From an uncultured virus (IMG/VR IMGVR_UViG_3300008108_000264) (taxonomy: Duplodnaviria; Heunggongvirae; Uroviricota; Caudoviricetes), in the IMG/VR virus record IMGVR_UViG_3300008108_000264: a stretch of DNA of 64,000 nucleotides, one strand, 5' to 3'. The position numbers and the translations under genes are program-made. The notes beneath the pieces were generated by a model that saw only the letters and a program-made list of their open reading frames with translations, searched no databases and was not told where the DNA came from. This document shows positions 40,715-51,891 of this stretch, piece after piece. Position 1 is the stretch's first letter. Every line of letters starts with the position of its first letter.

Positions 40715-41189
40715 TAGATTTTATGTTCCTACTATTAATGAATTTAAAATTGGATTTATCTATCAATATAAACAATTAGATGAAGTACAGTGGAATATAG
40801 ATGTAGTAAAAGGAGAAGACTATGATATTGTAAATGGTGATTGTAAAATTGCTGAAATATTCAGAGATCTTCATTCTGAAAATAAAAAGATTTTATTTAG
40901 AGTAAAGATGTTAAATGCTGATGATGTATTAAGTTTTGGGTTTAGTAAAACTACTCCTATATTTGTACATAATAAGAATTATAATATGTTTACTTTAAGA
41001 GGTAAATATAATCTTGTATTGTATAATGATGGAAGACAGTCGTCATTGAATATATCAGATAACCATGATAATATATTGTATGATGGTATTATAATGAATA
41101 TAAATGAGTTAGAAGAATTGTTAGATAAACTTGAGATTATAAGTACAGGTACATATGAAAAGAAATTCATGAATATTGAATATGAATAG
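40686..41189 (+). CDS. Hypothetical protein
   Basis: ORF; likely start MAKKKMEW. Confidence 0.6.
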   Translation: MAKKKMEWTNRFYVPTINEFKIGFIYQYKQLDEVQWNIDVVKGEDYDIVNGDCKIAEIFRDLHSENKKILFRVKMLNADDVLSFGFSKTTPIFVHNKNYNMFTLRGKYNLVLYNDGRQSSLNISDNHDNILYDGIIMNINELEELLDKLEIISTGTYEKKFMNIEYE

Positions 41190-41258
41190 TTTTAAAACAC
41201 ACAGTAGCATAAATTAATATGTTACAACAAATTTAATGTTTTTATTATATTAGAAAAA

Positions 41259-41699
41259 ATGGATGAGTATAATTTAACAAGTGGTATCAGACCAGAAATA
41301 ATGGGAATGATGAAACCACAGTCTGTAAATACAGCTAGAACACATGCAACTTTTATTAACTTAGTTTACAAAGCTAAAGAAGATTTGCACCTAGCACATA
41401 ATGTTCAAAAGAGTAAAGATCATTCTATACATACAGCATTAGGGGATATTTATGGTGCATTTGATGATATGATTGATAGTTTTGTAGAAGCTATATTTGG
41501 TGTATATGGACCTATTGAATTAGAGTTTAGTGCTTGTGCTTGTGGTGACCCTATACAGTATTTGACTAATCTTTATGATACAATTGAGAGAGAAAGAAAG
41601 TTTTTTAAAGAGTCTTGGATTCAAAATGAAATAGACTTGTTTCAAAAAGAAATAGCGTTAACGCTTTATAAATTAAAATATGTAAAATCTAATCCATAA
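41259..41699 (+). CDS. Dps/ferritin-like protein
   Basis: LHLAH...HTALGDIY..FDDMIDSFVE..G.YG, QNEID....LYKL. Confidence 0.7.
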   Translation: MDEYNLTSGIRPEIMGMMKPQSVNTARTHATFINLVYKAKEDLHLAHNVQKSKDHSIHTALGDIYGAFDDMIDSFVEAIFGVYGPIELEFSACACGDPIQYLTNLYDTIERERKFFKESWIQNEIDLFQKEIALTLYKLKYVKSNP

Positions 41700-42646
41700 T
41701 GGAAGTATTAAAATTAGGAAGTAAAGGAGAAGATGTTAAAACTCTCCAAAGAGAATTAAACATTACTGTTGATGGAGACTTTGGTCCTATTACACAGAGT
41801 GCAGTAATTAAGTTTCAAAAAGAATATGGTTTGATAGCTGATGGTATTGTAGGTCCTGTTACATGGAATGCTTTATTAGCAGATGGTGATACTGATATGA
41901 CTAAAGGTACTGAGTTTATTAAGTATATGATGAGTCCAGGTAAGTCAATGCAAGGATCATGGATTCCTAATTATTATCCAGGTCCTGTTCCAAAAAGATG
42001 GTTAATGTTTCATCATACTGCTGGTTGGGATAGTGCTACAGCTACTGTTGACTTTTGGAGTAATGATAACAACTCAATAGGAACAGAATTTGTTGTAGGT
42101 GGTCTTCATATTACTGGAAAGGATAATGGTAACAATGGTGTGACTGTACGTTGTATGCCTAAAGGATCATATGCTTGGCATGCATCAACAGGAAATACTC
42201 CATTACATAGAGAATCTGTTGGTGTAGAAATATGCAGTATGGGTGGTCTTACTAAAGGTGGATACTATAAATTTGTTAATGGTAAAAATGTATGGATAGC
42301 AGGACAAGCTAATACATGTTACACTGCGTATGGTAATCCGGTATCTGACTCAGAGGTATTTGATTTAGGATGGACATATAGATATCATAGATATTTCCAT
42401 AAGTATTCAGATAAACAGATTGTTGAATGTAAAATTATATCAGAGTATTGTAGAGATGAACATGGAATAGATATTAAAGCTGGACTTGCTGATTTAATTA
42501 GAAAGAATGGAGTAGAAAAAGCATTTGGTTATGTACTTGATCATGCAAACAAAGTACCAGGTATTTATACACATGGTAATGTATTTGAAGGTAAGAATGA
42601 TATATATCCAGATCCAAGATTTATTGATATGATAATGAGTTTATAA
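41699..42646 (+). CDS. Endolysin: peptidoglycan-binding domain plus Zn amidase
   Basis: LKLGSKGEDVKTLQ..DGDFGP..DGIVGPVTW; HHTAG, AWHA, SVGVE, YTH..KND. Confidence 0.88.
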   Translation: MEVLKLGSKGEDVKTLQRELNITVDGDFGPITQSAVIKFQKEYGLIADGIVGPVTWNALLADGDTDMTKGTEFIKYMMSPGKSMQGSWIPNYYPGPVPKRWLMFHHTAGWDSATATVDFWSNDNNSIGTEFVVGGLHITGKDNGNNGVTVRCMPKGSYAWHASTGNTPLHRESVGVEICSMGGLTKGGYYKFVNGKNVWIAGQANTCYTAYGNPVSDSEVFDLGWTYRYHRYFHKYSDKQIVECKIISEYCRDEHGIDIKAGLADLIRKNGVEKAFGYVLDHANKVPGIYTHGNVFEGKNDIYPDPRFIDMIMSL

Positions 42647-43995
42647 TGAATAAAAATATTATTTTTATTTGTATTCTTCTTGTACTGATACTAGTTAGTT
42701 ATTTATTTAATATTAACGTTAGTTCAGATTATAAGAAGCAAATAAAACAACTAAAAAAAGTAAATGATAGTTTAACTAGTAAAGTTGATTATTATGAAAA
42801 ACTATCAGATAGAATTCAAGGTGAAATAGATAGTATTCAAATTATTTATGTAGCTAAAGATTCTATTTTAAAAAAACAGGAATATAATATAGCAATCCTT
42901 AAATGGGAAATTCAAAAATTAAAAAATAAGAAAAATGAACCCAATGATATTATTAATGCTGATTCTTCTACCATTGAACGTTATAGGACAAAGTACTTTA
43001 GATTTATGCAAAAGTGATAAGTATCCTAAGACTAAAGTTGTTGATGGTGATACTGTAGTTTTATTTACACAAGCTCAAGAAAAGTGTATATACATTCATA
43101 TAACTGAAAAAGAAGATTGCAATCAAAATTTAGAGTTAAGTGAACTACTTATAAAAGAAATGAGTAGTCATGTTGATACACTTAAGTCTAAGATAAATTT
43201 AAAAGATTTAGAAATCAGTAAGTATAAAGAAAAAACTGGAGTTGATGATAAAACAATAATAACTTTAAAAGAAAAACTTATAGTAGAAGAAAAAATACAG
43301 AATGTTTATATTAGTCAATTAAAGAAAGTAAAGACTAATAGAACTAAGATATATGTTATTGGAAGTGCAATTATTGGTGGTTTATCAACTGCTCTTATTG
43401 TATCATTATTAAATTAAATATTATGGCTAAGAAACAAACAAAGAAAGTAGAAGAAATTAAACCTACACCTGCACCTGTACCTACACCTACACCTGTAGTT
43501 AAAACTAAACCTAAAAATAAACCAAAGGTTAAACCTAAGAAAGTAGAACCAGTTGCAAGTAACTTAACAAATGAAGTTAAGCTATGTAAAGATCTGTTAA
43601 CCTCATGTTTAAATGAAATGGAGATTAAACAAAAGAACATAGAAACATTAGGTAAAATCATACAAGAAAGAGAGAAAAATAAAATAGAAATTGGTGATTT
43701 AAAAAATACTTTAGAACAAAATTCTAAAGAGTTAAGTGAACTAAAAGAAAAGATAAAAAGCTTAGTAGCTTTTATAAAATACTATAAAGGAATACTTTCT
43801 ACCAAATATGGACCGACAAGAGTTAATATTACATTTAGTTTGATTATGTTTGCAGTATTCGGAATATCAATACTGACAGCATTCGGATTTAAAGATATTA
43901 TTGGTGATACTAGTAATATATCATTAGTATCAGTCGTATCTCTTTGTTCATCTGCTATTGGGTATTTCCTTTATTTAGTAAATTGGAAAAAATAA
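42646..43995 (+). CDS. Three membrane/coiled-coil lysis-region proteins (42646-43017, 42935-43417, 43423-43995); spanin or holin candidates
   Basis: TM segments and coiled coils directly after the endolysin. Confidence 0.5.
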
Positions 43996-44020
43996 CACAA
44001 CACTTTAATTAGCTAAACAA

Positions 44021-44052
44021 AAGGGTACTCGTAACACAGGGTGCCCTTTTTT
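44021..44052 (+). terminator. Intrinsic terminator
   Basis: AAAGGGTACTC/GGGTGCCCTTTTTT. Confidence 0.65.
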
Positions 44053-44065
44053 AAATTAAAAAATT

Positions 44066-44536
44066 ATGAGTAAGAAACTAACATGGAAAGATTATTTTAA
44101 TCTTAAGAATATAAAAAATTTTGCTAGTGGTTATTGGAATAAATTAAAAGATGATTCTCATTTTATGTCTTTACAACCTCATGTTAAAGAACAAGTTTTA
44201 TATAGAATGAATTTATGTAGAGAATGTTATGTTAACGGTAGTTGTTTAGAATGTGGATGTAAAACACCTGAAATGTTCTATGCTGTAGCAAAAGTAGACT
44301 CAAAAGAAAGATGGGGTAAAATGTTGAATGCTACTGAATGGGAAGAGTTTAAAATTAATAATGAACTAAATCCATTAGCATTAACAACGTTTATTGTAGA
44401 AACAAATAAAGAAATGAAAGATGACGCTAAAAGACAAAATATTCCAGATGAGAGGGGATCAACCCTACCTGAATCCCGTAGGGATCAACCTACCAGAATT
44501 CAAGAAACTTTGGACAGCGGACAAAACAACGGATAA
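44066..44536 (+). CDS. Zn-binding hypothetical protein
   Basis: CREC..GSCLECGC; position upstream of the terminase genes. Confidence 0.6.
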   Translation: MSKKLTWKDYFNLKNIKNFASGYWNKLKDDSHFMSLQPHVKEQVLYRMNLCRECYVNGSCLECGCKTPEMFYAVAKVDSKERWGKMLNATEWEEFKINNELNPLALTTFIVETNKEMKDDAKRQNIPDERGSTLPESRRDQPTRIQETLDSGQNNG

Positions 44537-45068
44537 AAGTCAATATGCTAAAGAACTTGCTTATATTTATCATATGTGTGATTATGAATCACCATATTTT
44601 GATATGCTCAATAAAAAAGAAGAAGTAGCTAAAGCATTTGTCGGAAAAGAAAATTATAATCCTCCTCAGAGAGTTGTTGATTGTATTAGTCTTTATGAAA
44701 AGATGCAGTATGGTGCAGAAAAGAGAGCTTTAGATTCAGCTATTAATTTATGTGATTCTATTACTGAGTTAGTAAGTCAATCAGAAAGTGACTCTAAACA
44801 AATGAATAGTTTAATGGCTAAGATAGATATATCAATTAGAGAAGCTGAAGATGTATTTGAAGAAATGTCATTAACTAAAGAAAAGATGACAATTAGAAAA
44901 CAAGCTGTAGATTTAGCTTCTGCTTCTACTGCTCTTGTAACTAAGATGGAACAAACAATTGATTCATTACTTAAGTTAAGAATAAAAGTTATTCAAAGTA
45001 TAATGGATGAATCATCTAATACTAAAAAGATTAGTCATTTTTTAATTAATGAATTATTAGATGAATAG
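44421..45068 (+). CDS. Putative terminase small subunit / conserved pre-TerL protein
   Basis: FKKLWTADKT.DKS..ELAYIY...SPY; directly upstream of TerL. Confidence 0.5.
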   Translation: MTLKDKIFQMRGDQPYLNPVGINLPEFKKLWTADKTTDKSQYAKELAYIYHMCDYESPYFDMLNKKEEVAKAFVGKENYNPPQRVVDCISLYEKMQYGAEKRALDSAINLCDSITELVSQSESDSKQMNSLMAKIDISIREAEDVFEEMSLTKEKMTIRKQAVDLASASTALVTKMEQTIDSLLKLRIKVIQSIMDESSNTKKISHFLINELLDE

Positions 45069-47517
45069 AGAGAAAACTAAAAACAACATAGAATACTTAC
45101 CTAAAGAAAATATATGGATTAATCCAAAGGTAGCTATTTATTTGTCAGATGAAACAATTAAAACTGAAATACCTTGGGATTCAATAAATAGAAAAGAGTT
45201 TCAAGAGGTATATGGTAAACTTAGTAAGTTATCTTTAAATAGTCCTGTTGCTAATACTAAATGGGATTATATAAGATTTGTAAATTCTAATTGCTATAGA
45301 CCTTCTGCTATTGCTTTTTTAGAATCACAGAAACAAGTTAGAGGTACTAAGCTTAGACCTTCTTATTGTCCTCATATTGAAGGTACTACTCCTTATAAGG
45401 AGTTTTGGAAAGAAGAAACAAAACGTATTAAATATGGTTATGAACCTATTATAGATGGTGAACCTTGTGGTTTAAGAATATCAGGAGAGTTTTACTTTTA
45501 TCTTAATTATTGTGTAATACAGAATATAAAGATAGATGAGAATGGTAAACAAAAGGATGAAAGAACATTTCCAGATTTTCTATCAATGGACTACTACTGG
45601 TTTAAAGAACTAGAAGCTAGAGAAAACCCTGAGATATATGAGCTAGATATGAGTTATAAAAATAGTTTAGCTGTTGCTAAGTCTCGTCGTAAAGGTTTCT
45701 CATTTAAAGCTGCTGCAGGTGCTGTTTGGATTACAGCATTTAAAAGATTCTCTAAAGTACTTATTGCTTCTGATACTGGATATGATGCTGCATTATGTTT
45801 TAAGAAATGTATGCCTATTATTGACTGGTTAACTGATTATACTCCTTTTGGTCGTGAACCTCTTGGTGATACTAAAATGAATGGTGGTTGGAAACATATA
45901 CCAGTATCATCAACTAATGACTCAGGTCATTTTATTTTTGGTTATGAAAATACTAAAACTAAAAAGAGACAAGGTAGACTATCAGAGATTATGACTGTAT
46001 CACTTGCTAATAAATTAGATAAAGCGTCAGGTGAAGGTGTACAAAGAATATACTTTGAAGAATCAGGTAAAATAAACGATTTAAAGAAAGCATGGACCTT
46101 TGCTAAGGAATCTTTAAAAGCAGGTTCACTATGGAGAGGTATTGCTATTCTATTTGGTACTGGTGGTAGTATGGTTAAAGATAATGGAGATAAAGGATCA
46201 TCTAGAGACTTCTCTGAATTATTTAATAATCCTCTTTCTCAAGACTTAGGTGTCTTTGATAATATTTATGAATACCAAGATACAGATAAACAATGTGGAT
46301 GGTTTGTATCAGATATGTGGTCAAACTTTGGTTCTAAGATAAATATTAATAATAAGATCTATGATGGTATTGATAAAAATGGTAATGCTCATTTTTGGGT
46401 AGCTGAATTATTCCTAAATAAAGAAAGATTAATTAAAAAAGAAAGTGGTAAAAAAGAAGACTATGATTCTTTTCTTACACAACGTTGTAAAACTCCATCT
46501 GAGGCATTTTTAGTTACTGAGGGTAGTGTATTCCCAACTGCTGATTTATTAGCTCGTAAAACCGCTATAGAATTAAGTAGATTAAAATATGAAGCATATA
46601 GAGTAGCTGGTGAATTAGTTGAGTATAATAATGTTGTAACTTTTAAACCTGACTTAGAAGGTAAATTACAAGCTATAGATTCGTATGTTGTAGATACTTT
46701 AGATAAAGAAGGTTGTGTATTAAGATATGAATCACCAATGAAAGTAGATGGTGTTATTCCAGATGGAGCTTATATAATTAGTGTAGACCCTATTGGTATG
46801 AATACTATATCAGGTAAATCATTAACATCTATTATTGTAATGAAAACTCCTAAGTTTGCTCATTTGTTTGGACCTGAAAAAATAGTATGTACATATAGAG
46901 GTAGAAGTAAAATTAATCCTCAAGGTTATGTACATGAACTATTGATGAAGTTATCTAAATATTATAATGCTAAGATTACATTTGAGAATGACCGCGATGG
47001 TGGTATATTACAATACTTTATAAGAAAAGGTGAAATAGGTAGATTAATGTCAAAACCAGAAATGACTCTTAATAAGTATATAAAGAATAGTGCTACAAAC
47101 TTAAGAGAATACGGACACTCAATGGGTAGTAGAAGACATAAACAAATCGGTGAAGATTTATTACTTGAGTGGTTATTAAAGAGACAAGCCAAAAAGAAAG
47201 TTGTTGATGATTCAGGTAACATAATGGAATTAGAAGGGTTAAGAAACCTTGATATGCTGGAAGACAAAGCAGTAATTGAAGAATTGATTGCTTATAATAA
47301 AGATGGAAACTTTGACACGGTCATGGGTTTAATGGGAGCTATAATACAAATAAATGAACATTTTAATGAAGATTTTATTGATGCTTCTCGAGGTGACTTT
47401 GAAAATGTTTCTTCTTTTTGGAAAGGAATTTATTTAAATAAGTTTGGTTCTGAAAGACAGAAATTTGAATATTCTATTGAAAAAAACAAAAACCAAAATA
47501 AAGAAGTAGAATGGTAA
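45061..47517 (+). CDS. terL: Terminase large subunit
   Basis: YFYLNY, KSRRKGFS, FEESG, FGTGG, SVDP, FENDR, GNFDTVM. Confidence 0.92.
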   Translation: MNREKTKNNIEYLPKENIWINPKVAIYLSDETIKTEIPWDSINRKEFQEVYGKLSKLSLNSPVANTKWDYIRFVNSNCYRPSAIAFLESQKQVRGTKLRPSYCPHIEGTTPYKEFWKEETKRIKYGYEPIIDGEPCGLRISGEFYFYLNYCVIQNIKIDENGKQKDERTFPDFLSMDYYWFKELEARENPEIYELDMSYKNSLAVAKSRRKGFSFKAAAGAVWITAFKRFSKVLIASDTGYDAALCFKKCMPIIDWLTDYTPFGREPLGDTKMNGGWKHIPVSSTNDSGHFIFGYENTKTKKRQGRLSEIMTVSLANKLDKASGEGVQRIYFEESGKINDLKKAWTFAKESLKAGSLWRGIAILFGTGGSMVKDNGDKGSSRDFSELFNNPLSQDLGVFDNIYEYQDTDKQCGWFVSDMWSNFGSKININNKIYDGIDKNGNAHFWVAELFLNKERLIKKESGKKEDYDSFLTQRCKTPSEAFLVTEGSVFPTADLLARKTAIELSRLKYEAYRVAGELVEYNNVVTFKPDLEGKLQAIDSYVVDTLDKEGCVLRYESPMKVDGVIPDGAYIISVDPIGMNTISGKSLTSIIVMKTPKFAHLFGPEKIVCTYRGRSKINPQGYVHELLMKLSKYYNAKITFENDRDGGILQYFIRKGEIGRLMSKPEMTLNKYIKNSATNLREYGHSMGSRRHKQIGEDLLLEWLLKRQAKKKVVDDSGNIMELEGLRNLDMLEDKAVIEELIAYNKDGNFDTVMGLMGAIIQINEHFNEDFIDASRGDFENVSSFWKGIYLNKFGSERQKFEYSIEKNKNQNKEVEW

Positions 47518-50189
47518 CTTTTGAACAACAAAGAGTTCCTACCAAGGATAAAACTAAACAATGGAGAATTAACCAGGTTGATGCAATTTGCTCAAGGGTT
47601 GATGAGTTTGGTAATGATTGGTACAGAATGTGGCAAAATTATAGATTAAAAAATAATCAAATAGATCAAGATGAATTTAGAGAGTATTGCGATACTCTTG
47701 GTTTATCTGAAGGTGAAGGTAGAAAATTTGTAGAACCTTTTAATAAGACACATACAATTATAGATGTATTAAAAGGTGAAGAAGCTGGTATGCCTTGGAA
47801 TTTTGATATTATCAACTTATCTTCTAAAACTACAAATGAGATATTAAGAGAAAAACAAAGAGAGTTAAAGCAATATATTGATTTTAAGGTTTCAACTGAA
47901 ATTGAGAAACAACAATTTAAAATGCAGACTCTCCTTCAAATGAAAGCTGGTGAAATGAATTCTCCAGAAGCTGAAGAAGAAATGAAAAAATTTGAACAGG
48001 AGTTAGTAGAAAAAGAAAAACAAGTTCTTAATCCTGAACAAATACAAAAGAAGTATGCTAACTATAAAAGTAAAAAAGAAATAGCAATGCATAAACTTCT
48101 TAAAGCATTAGCTGTTAATTACAATTTAAAGTGGATTAAAAATCAAACTTTTGAAGATGCATTAATTGCTGGTATTGAAGCTGTTGAAGTTGTAGTAGAT
48201 GAATATACGGGAATACCTTCAATTAAACAAATAAATGTATTAAACTTATTTTTCCATAAATCATCAGATACTCCTTTCTTACATGACTCAGATTATGTAG
48301 GATATAAAGAAGAGTTAACAATTAGTGATGCTCTTGATAAATATGCTGAGGATATGGATGAAAAAGATGTAGAAAAATTAAGACAGTATAATAGTAAGGT
48401 ATTTGGATATAATGAAAAATTCCATAGCCCTGGTGGTGAATCTGTATCTCACTGGGATAACTTAAAGAATTATGAATATACTTATAGACATCCATTATCT
48501 ACTATTCCTTCTTATGGTACAAGTAATGTATTATCTGAAGGTTTATATGCAAGTGATAGATATAGATATAAATATGAACACTACTGTGTTGTTTATACAA
48601 CATATTGGAAATCTCAAAGACGTGTAGGTAAACTTACGTATATTAATGAGTATGGTGAAATGGCTGATACAATTGTAGATGAGAATTTTCCATTACCAGA
48701 AAGAGCTACTAAAGAAACATATAAATTGCATACTTTCTCTAGAGATAAGGTAAAGTATAAATGGGAATCTGAAGAGGGTAAACCTTATTCATTAGAATGG
48801 ATATGGTTACCTGAAGTATGGAAAGGTACTAGGATTAATGGTGAAATATATGTTAAGATTGAACCATATGAAAACGCATATCAATCTTTAATGAATCCTT
48901 ATAAGACTAAATTACCTATTCATGGTTTTGTCTATAATAATAGAAATGCATTCTCTGTATCTATTATGGATAGAATTAAACCGTGGCAAAAACTATATTA
49001 TGTTGTAATGTCTAAATGGTTAAAACTTATAACTCAAGATAAAGGTGTTGTTCAGTTATTGAATGTATTAATGATGGACAAACAAATTGGTTATAAAGAA
49101 TCATTACAGATTGCAATTGATCAAGGTATTCTTCCTTATAACCCTCTTGCTCATTCACAAGGTCTAGCTAATGTAGCTGGTCAAATGAGACCATCAGATA
49201 GATTAGATTTATCTAACTCTCAACAGTTAGCTCACTATACTAATATTTTACAATTTATAGAACAGCAATTAAAATTAGCTGCTGGTATATCTGAACAACG
49301 TCTTGCTCAAACTGGTACTAATACAAATGTAACTGATAATCAAAGAGATGTAACTCAGTCTATGAATATTACTAGTGGCGTATTTACAGCTCATGATATG
49401 TTGTGGCAAGAAGTATTACAAAGTTTATGTGAGACTGCTGCTAAAACATTAGATGGTAAATCTGGATTTATTAGACAAGTATTATCAGATGAAGAAATAG
49501 CTCTTATTGACTTAAACCTTATTTCAATGGAAGATGAGTATGTAGTAAAAGTTGGTAATAATAGTAGAGCCTATAGAATACTTGAACAAGCTAAAGGATT
49601 TGCACAAGCTCTTATTCAAAATGATAAAGCTAAATTCTCTACTTTACTTGATCTTCTTGATAATGATAACTTATCTGAGTTTAAAGAAGAATTAAGAAGT
49701 ATTGAAGATGATATTGAAAAAAGAGAAGCATCCATGCAGGAACAACAAATGAAAATGCAAGAGCAACAACTTGAAGCACAAAAACAACAAGGTCAAGCTG
49801 AACGTGAACATAGACTTGATATTGAAACTCTTAAAGGAGAATACGATATTAAGAAAGCTCAAATTGCAGCTATGGCTTGGTCACCTGATAAAGATGTCGA
49901 TAAAGATGGATTACCTGATATTCTTGAATTAGAGAAACTTAGAAATCAAGCTTACAATGAAGAACGTAAGTTAGAACTTGATGCTAGGAAGATTGAAATT
50001 GAAGATAGAAAATTAATGCAAAAAGAAGGTGATGCTAGAATGAGTGCTAACTTTAAAGCTAAGGAAAATGAGATTAAAGAAAATCAATCTAATATGGATA
50101 GAATAAGTCAAGAAAGATTAAAGATGCAAGAGCTTAGAGCTAAAGCACAAATAGAAAGAGAGAAACAAAAAACTAAAAACAACAATTAA
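47511..50189 (+). CDS. Portal protein (crAss-like)
   Basis: Follows TerL; IDVLKGEE, W.PEVWKGTRI, AGISEQR, C-terminal coiled coil with DVDKDGLPD. Confidence 0.85.
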   Translation: MVTFEQQRVPTKDKTKQWRINQVDAICSRVDEFGNDWYRMWQNYRLKNNQIDQDEFREYCDTLGLSEGEGRKFVEPFNKTHTIIDVLKGEEAGMPWNFDIINLSSKTTNEILREKQRELKQYIDFKVSTEIEKQQFKMQTLLQMKAGEMNSPEAEEEMKKFEQELVEKEKQVLNPEQIQKKYANYKSKKEIAMHKLLKALAVNYNLKWIKNQTFEDALIAGIEAVEVVVDEYTGIPSIKQINVLNLFFHKSSDTPFLHDSDYVGYKEELTISDALDKYAEDMDEKDVEKLRQYNSKVFGYNEKFHSPGGESVSHWDNLKNYEYTYRHPLSTIPSYGTSNVLSEGLYASDRYRYKYEHYCVVYTTYWKSQRRVGKLTYINEYGEMADTIVDENFPLPERATKETYKLHTFSRDKVKYKWESEEGKPYSLEWIWLPEVWKGTRINGEIYVKIEPYENAYQSLMNPYKTKLPIHGFVYNNRNAFSVSIMDRIKPWQKLYYVVMSKWLKLITQDKGVVQLLNVLMMDKQIGYKESLQIAIDQGILPYNPLAHSQGLANVAGQMRPSDRLDLSNSQQLAHYTNILQFIEQQLKLAAGISEQRLAQTGTNTNVTDNQRDVTQSMNITSGVFTAHDMLWQEVLQSLCETAAKTLDGKSGFIRQVLSDEEIALIDLNLISMEDEYVVKVGNNSRAYRILEQAKGFAQALIQNDKAKFSTLLDLLDNDNLSEFKEELRSIEDDIEKREASMQEQQMKMQEQQLEAQKQQGQAEREHRLDIETLKGEYDIKKAQIAAMAWSPDKDVDKDGLPDILELEKLRNQAYNEERKLELDARKIEIEDRKLMQKEGDARMSANFKAKENEIKENQSNMDRISQERLKMQELRAKAQIEREKQKTKNNN

Positions 50190-50191
50190 TT

Positions 50192-51817
50192 ATGAATTAC
50201 GGAAAACAAACAGTGATCGGAGATCCAACAGAAACAGGAAAGCAATGGTTAGATCATCATGATGATGTAGATTATGTTAACTTAAAAACTAATCATCATT
50301 ATACTAATAGTAAAGAAGATTTAATTAAAGGTGTAAATAAAATAGCTGATGTAGTAAAAGTAACACTTGGTGCTAAAGGTAAAAACGTACTATTTAATAA
50401 TAGAGATGGTAAACCTCAAATTACTAAAGATGGTATTACTGCAGCACGTCAGGTATTTTCCATTAATCCTTTTGAGAATATGGCTATACAAATAGTTAGA
50501 GAAGCATCTGAGCAAACAGTTAAAACTAGCGGCGATGGTACAACTACAACTATTATATTAGCAAGGTATATTATTAACAAAGGATTTGAATTACTTAGTT
50601 CAGGTAAAATAAGTTACTATGAATTAGCTAAACAGATTGATGAGACTAAGGATCTTATAATTAATAAGATTAAAGAAAGATCTTTAAAAATTGAAGAGAA
50701 CTTTGATAAGCTTTTGCACGTAGCAACAATATCATCAAGTAATAAACAGATAGGTTCTTTTATATATGATATTATGGAAGAGATTGGTATATATGGATCT
50801 ATCGAAGTTAAGTCATCTAATAATACTAAAGATGTAATAGATAAAGTTAAAGGTATAAAAACATCTAAAGGTTTTTACGCTCCTCACTTTGTTACTGATA
50901 GATTAAAGATGGAGTACAGAATGAATGATGTTCATATTGTATTAATTGATGATACTGTTAGAAGTTTTCAAAATGATATATTACCATATATTGAAGAAGC
51001 TCCAGGTAGACCTATTCTATTTTTTGTTAATGATATTGAACCAACTACTTTACAAACTATTATTAATAATAAAGTAGCTAATCCTCAAATGTTTAATATT
51101 ATGTTTGTAGAACATGATGGATTTGGTGATAGAAGAATAGAAATAATGAATGACATTGCTGCAATGACTGGAGCTAGTGTTGGTAATGCAGAAGACTTTG
51201 GTGAGATGGGATTTGCTAAAGAAGTAATAGTTGATGAAAATAGTACTTCTATATTAGGTGGATCTATAGATGAAGATATTGTAAATCGTCTTGTAGAAGA
51301 AACTCAATATAAGTTAACTAATGACGAATTAGATGAAGACCAAAAGAAATATTACAGACGTAGATTAGCTACACTAAAAGGTGGTGTTGCTGTTATACAT
51401 GTAGGTGGTATTACCGAAGTTGAAATGAAAGAGAAAAAAGATAGAATAGATGATGCAGTAGAAGCTGTTAAGTCTGCTATTGATAGAGGTATTAGTGTTG
51501 GTGGTGGTTATACTTTTATAAATATCTGTAATGATTTAAATAATGAAAATAATAAGGAAGGAGAACAAGTAATAATTAATTCTTTAATCCAACCATTTAT
51601 TCAGTTATGTAATAATGCAGATTCTAATAGTAATGAAATATTAACTAAGTTAATATTTGATTCAGGCGTAGGTTATGATGTAATCAATAACGAATTAGTA
51701 CCATTAAATAATTACAATGTATATGATCCTACAGGTGTATTAATTGATGCTTTAAGTAATGCTGTTGCTGTGGCTAAAAGTATACTATCTGTAGAATGTT
51801 CATTATATAATTACTAG
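50192..51817 (+). CDS. groEL: Chaperonin GroEL
   Basis: VKVTLGAKG, ITKDG, GDGTTT, GGVAVIHVGG.TEVEMKEKKDRIDDA. Confidence 0.93.
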   Translation: MNYGKQTVIGDPTETGKQWLDHHDDVDYVNLKTNHHYTNSKEDLIKGVNKIADVVKVTLGAKGKNVLFNNRDGKPQITKDGITAARQVFSINPFENMAIQIVREASEQTVKTSGDGTTTTIILARYIINKGFELLSSGKISYYELAKQIDETKDLIINKIKERSLKIEENFDKLLHVATISSSNKQIGSFIYDIMEEIGIYGSIEVKSSNNTKDVIDKVKGIKTSKGFYAPHFVTDRLKMEYRMNDVHIVLIDDTVRSFQNDILPYIEEAPGRPILFFVNDIEPTTLQTIINNKVANPQMFNIMFVEHDGFGDRRIEIMNDIAAMTGASVGNAEDFGEMGFAKEVIVDENSTSILGGSIDEDIVNRLVEETQYKLTNDELDEDQKKYYRRRLATLKGGVAVIHVGGITEVEMKEKKDRIDDAVEAVKSAIDRGISVGGGYTFINICNDLNNENNKEGEQVIINSLIQPFIQLCNNADSNSNEILTKLIFDSGVGYDVINNELVPLNNYNVYDPTGVLIDALSNAVAVAKSILSVECSLYNY

Positions 51818-51891
51818 GCTATATAATATAAAAAAAATATCCTTTTTTAAGGAAAATCAAACTTTAATAAATAAATAATTAATATTTTTGT

